DNA from: Chromera velia | Taxonomy: Eukaryota | Reading direction: 5' to 3' | NCBI GenBank assembly: GCA_018398765.1 | Contig: JAHBMJ010000001.1 | Coordinates: forward strand, 1-64,000 | Length of the DNA stretch: 64,000 bases | Shown: positions 10,891 to 20,751 of the stretch, piece by piece | Numbering within the stretch: the stretch's first letter is position 1 | Layout of the letters: every line of letters starts with the position of its first letter | Translations under genes and position numbers: made by a program | The notes under the pieces: model-generated | What the model saw: the letters and a program-made list of their open reading frames with translations, nothing else | What the model was told of the DNA's origin: nothing | Database searches by the model: none

Positions 10891-11210
10891 CGTTACGTTG
10901 TGGCTTGTACAGTGACTTGATCACCCGCCAAACTTGCTAGAACTGGGATTGGGAAACTAACTTTGTAATACTAAGCCCGGCCGGCATTAATTAAGTGCAC
11001 TAAGAGAATTAAGTGACAGACTGATAATACAGAGAAAGAAATAATAGACTTACAATACAGAAATAAATAGAAGTATGCCGTGCAGTCTTCGTCCACCTGT
11101 ATCGCTTGAATAGAGTCCTTAGAAGTGAACTCTGACTGACAGACTTAAGGAGGTAAGGTATGATAAGTCTCCAACTAGACTACGTTCTTAGTTTAGGAAG
11201 AAATCTGACG
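10891..11210 (+). repeat. 3' LTR
   Basis: Direct repeat of 5475-5794, followed by TSD GTTTC. Confidence 0.95.
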
Positions 11211-11228
11211 GTTTCTAGTAATGTTTTA

Positions 11229-11329
11229 AAGAAAGAAATAAAAAAAAAAAAGAAAGAAAGAAAGAAAAAAAGAAATTAGGAAAGAAAGAAAGAAAGAAAG
11301 AAAGACAGAAAGAAAACAAAAAAAAAAAA

Positions 11330-11361
<32 letters not shown>

Positions 11362-11542
11362 AAAAAAGAAAGAAAGAAAGAAAGAAAGAAAGAAAAAAAG
11401 AAAGAAAGAAAGAAAAAAATAAAAGAAAGAAAGAAAGAAAGAAAGAAAAAAAAAAGAAAGAAAGAAAGAAAGAAAGGTTCACCTCAGTTTTTGCTGTTTA
11501 GAACTTCCTAGAAAACTTCACAGTGTGTAGCCTAGGCTTGAT
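11229..11542 (+). repeat. (GAAA)n tract plus ~70-bp unique tail, copy 1
   Basis: Tail AGGTT.ACCTCAGTTTTTGCTGTT.AGAACTTCCTAGA...GCCTAGGCTTGATA recurs at ~13128-13196. Confidence 0.85.
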
Positions 11543-11699
11543 AAAATATGATAATATAGCCTAGGCTTAATGGATAATATAAATATAATATAATATGATA
11601 TAACATCTACATAAATTCACCTCATGTTTGTCTTTTTTTCTTTGTTTGAAGACAGAGCAGGTAGAAAGGTTGGCTTGACAATGAAAATAGACAGAGAGA

Positions 11700-12620
11700 G
11701 AATAGGGAGAGCCTCTTTTTGCTATACGAGAGTGGCGCCGCGATCGGAACACAGAAGGAGAGCAGCATGCAGGGTGGGAGACAGGGCTGTGGCTGCGACT
11801 TAGGGAAAAATTCTGGTAAGGGGGGGAGAGAAGGTGCCGTTACAGAAAAGGACGTGCCAGTTCTGTTGAGGGTGGTTGGGAATCGAGGTGGTGGAAGATG
11901 AAATCCATCTGATGACAGAATGTCCTGTTTTTGACAGAGAGAGAGCAGAGATATTCAGGAAGATAGAAGAGAAATGGGACAGCAAGATGGAAGAAAGAGC
12001 CAGAAAGGCAGCCACAAAAAGAGAAAGGCTCAATAGAGAAGAGAGAAAAAGAAACAACTCAACGCTTTTCTGCTTTCTGTTGAATGAATGTCATGCTAGA
12101 GTGGATGAGTTTTGGGGATGGGCGTCATTCAAACGGAGGGTGTTTGAGGAGTGTCCAGGATGGTACGGACATATAGAGGGAGACGCTTTGGCGGCCAGAC
12201 ATGCAAAAATCACCGGAAGGCAGCGGGCGATCGAGAGACTATAATAAAAGAATATGGGGAAACAATTGATAACTTAGAGACGACCGAAGGAGCGTTAGGG
12301 TGGGGAAGGAGGGAGCTGCAGAAGAAGATTGATAAAGCAAACAAGAAGAGCGAGGAAACCTAAATCACATACCGTTTCAGATCGATTTTCAGGCTAGAAA
12401 GCCAACAAGGATCCAGAGTCGTAGCTCGAACAACGAACAATCATGCAGCAGCGGCCAGGGCAACAGACTCTGACGGGCCCCGAGGGTGGGGTTTGATACC
12501 TCAGCTTAGGCTGGGGAACGCTCTGCCCTGCTAGCTCTGGCAATAGATAGACATAGTGGGAAGGCCCTACGGTGGAATATATCAATCAATCAATCAAAAA
12601 AAAAAATTAATCAATCAATT
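11700..12620 (+). mobile_element. 3' fragment of a LINE (ORF2 C-terminal CCHC region plus 3' UTR), degenerate
   Basis: VPLQKRTCQFC*...VEDEIHLMTECP resembles the post-RT zinc-binding motif of LINE ORF2; (ATCA)n/A-rich tail at ~12581-12620. Confidence 0.7.
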
Positions 12621-12868
12621 TATCTGAACAGAGCAACTTGTCTCTAAAGCCTTATAAAAAACCGTCTCAAAAAACAACAACCAAAGAGATGCGTTATCAT
12701 CAGATTTTGCAGGACCGATCATAGGACGGATCTTCATTCTCTCACTCATCTCCGGCCTTCAACCCAATCTTCATCCTCTCATATTACATTAAGTTTATAT
12801 TATATTATATTACATTATATTATATTAGCGTTCTATTTGAAATATAATATATATTGAATCCGAGCCTA

Positions 12869-12945
12869 GAGAAAGAAAGAAAGAAAGAAAGATTCTGAAA
12901 GAAAGAAAGAAAGAAAAAGAAAGAAAGAAAGAAAAAGAAAGAAAG

Positions 12946-12980
<35 letters not shown>

Positions 12981-13033
12981 AAAAAAAAAAAAAAGAAACT
13001 AGGATAAAAAGAAAGAAAAAAAAAAAGAAAGAA

Positions 13034-13069
<36 letters not shown>

Positions 13070-13196
13070 AAAAAATAAAGAAAAAAAAAAATAAAGAAAA
13101 AAATAAAAGAAAGAAAGAAAGAAAGACAGGTTTACCTCAGTTTTTGCTGTTCAGAACTTCCTAGAGAACTTCACAGTGTGTAGCCTAGGCTTGATA
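12869..13196 (+). repeat. (GAAA)n tract plus ~70-bp unique tail, copy 2
   Basis: Direct copy of 11229-11542. Confidence 0.85.
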
Positions 13197-13412
13197 GAAA
13201 CTGTGCTCCTAGCTGTGCTCTTCTAGGTGCTCTTCCAGAATCAGACCTATCAATTCAACAAAACCAAAACTACAGGGCTAACCACGGGCATAAACTTAGT
13301 ACCTTTTGTCTATGTGTTAATGATAATAAAACTTATAAAAGTTTAGGTAGGGTTACATACGGTTACATCGATGCATGAGATTTTTAAAAATTACGAAAGC
13401 CTTTATATTCGC

Positions 13413-14197
13413 TTACGCTTTTTCACAGAGCGCAACTGTGTGCTCTGCACCGCAAGCAACAGTGGCCACTTTCAAATTTTGGCTCTGCAGGGCTTCTACC
13501 AGCACCGGACGCGTCCTGCATGCATCGATTGGAGTGATTCGGTGAGAAATGCACGGAGCGTGACAATATGCAACTAGACTGGATGGAAGCGTTCATTTTC
13601 TGCACGGATGCATGAGATTAATGGTGCCTCTAATGTTCAGAAAAGTGTATGTGTTGCTCACTTTCTCGTTCTCTTTGTGCTGATGCAAGCGTGAGGTTCA
13701 AGACAAACTGGGCAAAGCCCAGCGCTTTCTTTCTGGATGCCTGTCAGCAAACATGTCCTTTTTTGTTTCCTACGAAATTGTTCCTTCGTCCATTAATTTC
13801 ATGTCGCGTGTTTACTTCTTCCCTTGCCTTCTGGCTTGGGCTTCTTGCTTGCTTGGTTGGTTGGCTTGATTTCCTGCTCACCTCGTAGGTTGCTTTCTTT
13901 CTTCCTGCCTGCTTTCCTTCCTACCTACCTGTTGGCTGCTGAGCTCTCTTCCGTGGAGGCCCTCCCCATCTGCCCGTCCCTCCCGCGACCAAAGCAAAAC
14001 AGGCGGCCATGCTCCAAAACAACCGCAGTGTGCCCGGCCCCACACGCCACACTCGTGGCCCTGCAAACGCTCGAGCGCACAGATCAAACAGACACACACA
14101 GACAGACGAGGCAATGGAGAAGGATGCAAAGACGAATTTCAAGAAAACAGGGAACAACCAATTTTCGGGCAAAGACTGTTCACGCATGCCCACAAAC

Positions 14198-14228
<31 letters not shown>

Positions 14229-15055
14229 ATTCCTCCGCTGTGCAACAGATACATGCAGACTGAGGAGAAGAGAAACGAACCCATGGACCTTCCTCCCTTC
14301 TTCCTTCCTTTCTTCCTTCCTTTTTCTTTCACAACGCGATTTTGAGCCTTCTGTCGGTGAAGGGAGGAAGGCAGGCAGGCCGAGAGACACAGACGCAGAG
14401 ACAGGGAGAGAGGGGGGGGAAGGCATGCACCGACAGGGAAGGAGACGTGTGAGCTGGCTGACTTTCCAGGAAGTACAACTTTGGAGGGCATAGAGATATC
14501 AGCCATGTCCCCATGCCCCAGTTGGCCGTCTCTTCTGCATACCCTCAGCAGCAGAGAAAGAAGATAGGGAGAAAATCGAAAACAGAGAGAGAAAGATATT
14601 CCATCGGGCTATTTCATTCCTTCAAGTCGCACTAGAGACAGGGAAGATTAATTAGAAGCAAGAGTCGAGCCTAGGCTAGATCTCGGCGATCCTTTAATCA
14701 TGAAAGATTTTGAAACACACGCACCAGATCAAACATGATGAGAAGAGGAGAGACGCCCAACGGTGCATGGGGAGACTGTCAAACTGTCTGTCCACCTCCG
14801 TGCTTGCCAGTCTGTCGAAAACGACTAAGACGATTGTAGCTTTTTGCCTGGAAGCATGAGAAAAGAGAGAGTAGATAGGCAGATCGACCGATCGATCACT
14901 TGAAGGATCCAGTGACCATCCAAGTAACCGACCTACTGACTTACTGACTCACCCAAATCCCCAGCAGAAGAGTTCTCCCTTGTCTGTCACCGCCGCTGCA
15001 TGGAAATGCCCGCATGCCACCTGCACCACTTCCCTCGTCCACCACACAGACGCGC

Positions 15056-15094
<39 letters not shown>

Positions 15095-18087
15095 GAGAGA
15101 GAGAGAGAAGAGAGACGTACACACAAAGGTCCGCTATTATGTTGCACAGACAGGGGCGAATGCTCAAAACAAGAGAAGAGAATGGCGGACAGAACGATCG
15201 AGCAAACGAAATGAGGAAAAGCAGCAACACACGAATAAGGAAGACAAACCGAAAAACACTACATCTAGACGTTCTGCACCAGCGGGCAGATCTTTTTTTC
15301 GCACTTTTTCCTGTTTCTTTACGACACAAAGACAATACACCCAGAATAATCCGGGAGACCACGCGTTTCTTTCCTTCTCTTTCGATCAAATACACAGACA
15401 TACCAGTGACAAAGAAAGACAAAAAAGAATTCAAGCAAGCAGGCAGGCAGGCAGGCAGGCAGGCCAGCGGAGGCCCCGCAAAAGAAAACGATCAGAAAAA
15501 TAAAAAGGAAAAGGGAGAAAGAAACCAACTCAAAGCCCAATCACCCCACCCACCTGTACAACCCGAGTCCCCTTGGCGCTCCCCAGGCTCCGAACTTGTT
15601 TTGCCCTCACCTGCCGCCCGCTCACCTTCCCAACCCCCAACTGCCCTGCATGCCCGCATGCATGCATAAACACGGCCTAAATATTTAATCTGTCATTCGC
15701 AGGATTCGTATTCTTCTCCTGCGATGCGAAGGGATCCAATCGAATGCTCCAATCCCCTGAAGGAGAACAAGTGAATTTCCAAGCTCTCTTTGCATTCGTC
15801 ACTTCCCCCCGTCAAAACGCAAGCGCGCGCGCGCGCACGCACACACACACACACACACACACGCAGGCACACACCGAGATGCACCCACAAAGAATCACGA
15901 CAGACGGATCGACTCACTCACCGCAGTCATCGCTTCCCCACGCCCACACGCCCCCGTCCTCGTCTAACCCAATCACGAATTCATTCCCAGACACCACGTC
16001 CACCAGCTTCCTTCCCCCAACAGCCGAGAGGTCAACCTTCACCGCGACCGGGGATTCCTCGCGGACGCCTTCAACACAAAAGACAGAGAGAGACCAGACC
16101 GTTCAACAAATTCATTCGTGAGCACTGACGACTGGCTTTGACGTACTTCAATTTTGAAAAAAAAACAAAAAAAGAACGCAAACAGACGGAAGGAGACTCC
16201 ATCGACACGAGAAAGACCAGACAAGACATGACATGACAAAGAGAGACACACGTTAACCTGTTTTCGTGTTCACCTTCACGCACAAAAACGAGAGAGTGGA
16301 GAAAGGAAGCAACAAAGGGGGGAGAAAGAAGAAAGGACGGAACAAAAAAAGAAGAGAGAAATGGTCTTGTCTACCCACCAGCCTTTCCATTGCCAAGCTG
16401 CCCTTCACTGCAGCTGCCCCAAGAATACGCCTCCCCTCCCTCTGTCACCACCACGCTGTGTCTCTTTCCGCATGCCGCACGGACGACGCGTTTGCCTTCA
16501 AGCTCTCCTCCACAAACACGTCCCACCGTCAGACCTCCTGCGTAGAAGCCCCCCCTTCTGCCCCAAATATCGAGCTTCGTTTTCTCCTTCTCGCCCCCTG
16601 TGTTCTCCTTCTTGCCCTCGGCTTCCCCCTTTGCCCTGCCACATTGGCCCTGCAGAACAGAATCTCACACACTCCCTCACACACACACACACAGACACTC
16701 CAAAGGAATTAACGAGGAACACTTTGTCGGTCTGCGTTCCGTTCACGTAGATCGATCATCACTCTTTGCCACACTTGCTCTGCAATGGGAAAAGCAGTGA
16801 GTGTCGAAACAATCACACCACCGCACTTTGCCAGGCACAGCGTCAAAACCAGACACTCAGATTTGATTTCTTTTGTTTTGGCTGAGCGGGAATGGAAACA
16901 GGTTGCATGCATGTCAGCTCCAGTCTGTCAAATTTGTGACGAAATGGCAGACTCCAGAGGGAGGCTGACGGCTACAGAGCAGCTGACATGAGCACAAGCG
17001 GGATCACGGATTCTCTGCGCGTGTCTACCGCACCCACCCACCTACAGACAGACAAGGTAAATCATTTTTTCTTTTTTTTTCAGACAGACTGTATCACGGC
17101 CCCTTTCCTTCTTCATCATTTCTTCCTTCCACTCACACAACAAACAAGAAAGGACAGCATACGGACAGACGGACACACAGATAGACTAGATGACTTTTCT
17201 TCCCCCGCTTTCTTCTGAGCGAGAGACGCAGAAACTGACGCACGCGATCGTCCCGTCCAAACGAAAAAACTTCTCCCGACTCCGTAACGACCAGCGTGTG
17301 GGCTGCAGAACAAAGAGAGAAAGCGCAAACAAATGCATAAAACTTTTTGCTTGGTTGTTGAAGGTCCCTAGAGCCATGCATCAAAGGGGTGGGATGCGGA
17401 ATTAGTTTCATTTCAAAGGCATTTGTTTTCGTCATGACATCAAGATAGGCAGAGTCAACCAAATACAGTAGACCTACCTGACAGAGAACGCAAGCTGGAA
17501 AGGGAGAAAAAAGAGAGATTGGGCAAATGCCGAAAGAGTCTGTCTGAATGAGGGCCTCTTCTTCAGTCTGCAGAACACACGAACGAACGAGTGTGAATGG
17601 ATGGAAGGGTGCGAATGCATGTACAGTCTCTCAATGACATGAATGGAGAACGGACACCTCATTTATGCCTTTGTTTTGCTCCTCATGACTTTGTTGCTCT
17701 ATGGCATGGTGTTCAACTGATTCGCTGACCTTCCCCACATGCAACGCTTTTGGCCTTCACCCCTGCTGCAGACAGAGCATCTACAGGAGTGGGCACTGCC
17801 TGAAAGTTCAACTCTCCCACGTCGTCCCCGTGACCGAGGCGGTTGTCTTCCGTCCTGCATACATGACCACTTGTTTGTTTTTGTTTTGATACAGATTTAT
17901 TTTTATTTTCTCTGTATTAATTCTGTATGAAAACAAATGCAGTGACCGAGGCGGTTGTCTTCCGTCCTGCATGCATAACCAGTTGTTTGTTAGTTTTTTT
18001 TTCTTGTGATTGAGAAATAGAAGAATACATGAAGGCGGGAGAAAAAGGATCGAGAGGAAACCGCAGCAGTGAAAAAGGGTGAGGGGT

Positions 18088-18130
<43 letters not shown>

Positions 18131-19532
18131 TCAAAGCGACGCTCGCTCTTCCCAAGATGGCAAGGCTTCCCAAACCCCTTGAGACCCGAAACTCAATTAG
18201 AAAAAATAGTACACCCAAGAGGTTTAAGTCTGTCTCTCAAGCATCTTCAAGCGAGGCAGATAAATGAGCAACGGACCTGCCCCAAGTCAGAAAAAAAAAC
18301 AGACCTGCCCCAAGTAAAAAAAAAAAAAACGACCTGCCCCAAGTAATTTAAAAAAAAACTCACCTGCCCCAAGTAAAAAAAAAAAAAAGAGACCTGCCCC
18401 AAGTAAAAAAAAAAAAACAGACCTGCCCCAAGTCACAAAAAAAAAAAAAACACAAACCTGCCCCAAGTCCACACTCTGCCGTCTGCAGTCACACACGCGC
18501 TGTGAGCCTGTCCGCAAGAGAGGGAAATCACCGTCTCTCCCTCTAGCTCGGCGATCTGGGGACAGAAAAGAAGCGTGAACACATACACCGATTCTGTTCC
18601 GTGTTCGTCTAAATACCTCCTCTGTTTGCATGAAAGTCATATTTCTGCCCTTCCTCAATCCCGGAGATCTTCAGAAGAGCAGAGAGAGAAATAAAGCAGA
18701 GATGAGGTGAAAAGAGAAAAACGCGTAAGGTGATGAGAGTTTGAAGACAAAGAAGCCGAATGAACGCAGCAAAAAATCTCTTTTTGTCCTTTACAAGAAT
18801 GAAGCATCTGAATTTTTTTTTTCAGTTCAAAATTATTCACATGAGCAGTCTCTGGCTCCTTGCTTTGCAATGACGTGCCTCTTCATTCAGAGCCACGAGT
18901 TCCACATTTTTGTCCATCCCCAATTAAGAAAGGAAAAAAAAAAAACAAGAATCAACACTTCAGCTGGAGCCGTCTCCGACGGTCCCTCCCGTCTCTTTCC
19001 TGAGCTTCAGGCATGACAGGCTCACTTTTTTTGGAAGCGGTTGGTTTGCATAGTCTCCATGCCCCAGTTGTCCCTGCAGGCAAAACGCAACAAAAAAGAG
19101 GGGGCGGTACTCAGGCGGCCTCAATTGATTTCATGTTTCAACCCAGAAGTCCCGCCCCTCATTCCCCCTCCTTGACCAAAAAAGAAACTAAAGTTCTGTC
19201 AATCTCTCCCTCCGCAGAGGTCTATCTCACAATTTCCGCATTTTTATCTTTCAGATCCCCCCCCCCCGGCCAACCTGAAGTCCGTTGCCCCATGAGAGCA
19301 GTGACGTCTCCTTCCCCTCACACCTTGCCGGGGCCCGTCTCCGTCTCGCTCCCAACGGTGTGTGTGCAAGTGCCGCAAAGGCACAAAGACCAGAAGCCGC
19401 AACACATGCACACAAGAGCGTCTGAGTACGTTCACGCGAAAGGGGCAACTCTAGCTGCCCCTGAACAGACTTGCGCCAGTGTGAGTATACGGACGCGTGC
19501 CGCACGCCCAAGGCACGAAAAACGAACCCCAT
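13413..19532 (-). CDS. RCC1-repeat beta-propeller protein, ~490 aa, 12 exons: 19532-19275, 19073-19026, 18555-18458, 17854-17730, 17302-17244, 16649-16379, 16068-15922, 15645-15554, 15020-14953, 14534-14463, 14060-13929, 13515-13413
   Basis: All introns GT-AG and phase-consistent (1473 nt). Repeated RCC1 motifs: WGNGLQGQLGHG, SCGQAHSACVTADGRVWTWG, ACGKRHSVVVTEGGEAYSWG..SEGQLG, ACGHFHAAAVTDKGELFCWG, ACGAEHTVAL. Confidence 0.9.
18275..18468 (-). repeat. Seven copies of ACTTGGGGCAGGT (exon end plus splice donor) with T-rich spacers
   Basis: Plus-strand ACCTGCCCCAAGT at 18275, 18303, 18332, 18362, 18392, 18421, 18456. Confidence 0.95.
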
Positions 19533-19799
19533 GTGATCTATCAATAAAGAATCTCAGAGATCTGAAGCTGCGGAGTGTTACAAAGGAGTCGATTCAGGTT
19601 GTTGGGTTGCCTCCTGAACGAGCCCCTTCTTTGCAAGCCCCGAAGTACTTGTCTGTTGGAGGAGACGCCAGAACCGACACGTGGAGACAAAAGAATATGA
19701 GTCTCGTGGCTGTGCCTTCTGATCCGACTGAGAGCACACGGTTCCGAAGTCTTACCCCAGCACGAAGCACCCCCCCTTCTTAGCGTAAGCCACAGCTGT

Positions 19800-20110
19800 A
19801 TACATGCACCGATCGAGTCGGAATTCAAGCGAACCACAACAAACCATGCACCCAAACCGTCGAATTAACCGTGGCCCACATGCACGGAGACGCGCGCGCG
19901 CAAGTCAATTAAGGCATGCAGGGGCGCATCAGGCGCGCCAATTCATGCATGTGAGATCATGTGAGCGCCAAAGTTTTCATCCATGCATGCATGCAAATCG
20001 CGCCCGCGCTCACGCGCGCGCCCGCGCGAAATCTAAAAATCTATATTATAAATTCTTGGGTTTTCAAGGTCGACGCAGGTCTGTATGCAACTTCATGAAT
20101 TGTTCTCAAT
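19800..20110. promoter_or_regulatory. Candidate promoter region between divergent genes
   Basis: Cluster of TGCATG/GCATGCA and GCGCGC motifs between the RCC1 start (19532, minus) and the plus-strand gene at ~20752. Function inferred from position only. Confidence 0.35.
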
Positions 20111-20751
20111 TTGATCAAGGTTGAAGACCAATGTCGAGACCTGAGCGTAACAGGATCCTAGAACAACCAAAGTGCTTACTGTGAAGACCGGAAGAAAACA
20201 ACGGAGGCATCGGGAATAGAGCACTTCACTTGAAGCTGTCGGCATGCAGTCTTGACAACAGTTGTGTACATATAATTAAAGTAAATCAATGGCAAAAAAG
20301 ACCAGTCCCAGACCTGCTGTGGTCGCTGATGTCTACTTCTGAATCGGACTAAATTTCTTCAGTATCATTTACCCAGAAACGGCCCCCTTTGTTAGAACCT
20401 CCCTTCATTGGATTGGAGTGACGTCTATACACAAATCGCCTAATTCCCCTACTCGGCCGACCGTCTCGATCGATCAATTGCCTGCCGGTGAGTGCACGAG
20501 TCCTGAGCTTCTTTTTGCGATTGTGAGCCTGAGTACAATGTGAGCCTGCGTACTTGATGCAGACAGTGTCACCTGATAGAAGCCGCGTTGCATCAAAACA
20601 CGGAGGAGGAATTGGTCGGACGAGACGTTTATCATGAGCATACCGGTGTGGGTGCATGCATCACGATCAAGTCAAAGGAGGGGGCATGCATCATGGCTAA
20701 TAGCTGTCAAATGACAACGTTCACCAATGACCGAATCATGCAGGCCGTCTG

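Larger units (their letters stand above)
5475..11210 (+). mobile_element. Full-length, inactivated Ty3/gypsy chromovirus-type LTR retrotransposon
   Basis: Two 320-bp LTRs, 5-bp TSD GTTTC (5470-5474, 11211-11215), PBS, PPT, and gag-PR-RT-RH-IN-chromodomain order. Confidence 0.97.

Noticed and set aside
5300..13350. Possible large TIR element hosting the chromovirus (TAAACGTTTTATAAG / CTTATAAAAGTTTAG)
   Set aside because: Short AT-rich match, no TSD found.
18275..18468. CRISPR-like look (constant repeat with variable spacers)
   Set aside because: Repeat is 13 bp and equals a eukaryotic splice donor; spacers are homopolymeric; no cas genes.
19013..19783. 256-aa plus-strand ORF
   Set aside because: Antisense to RCC1 exons 1-2; no domain.
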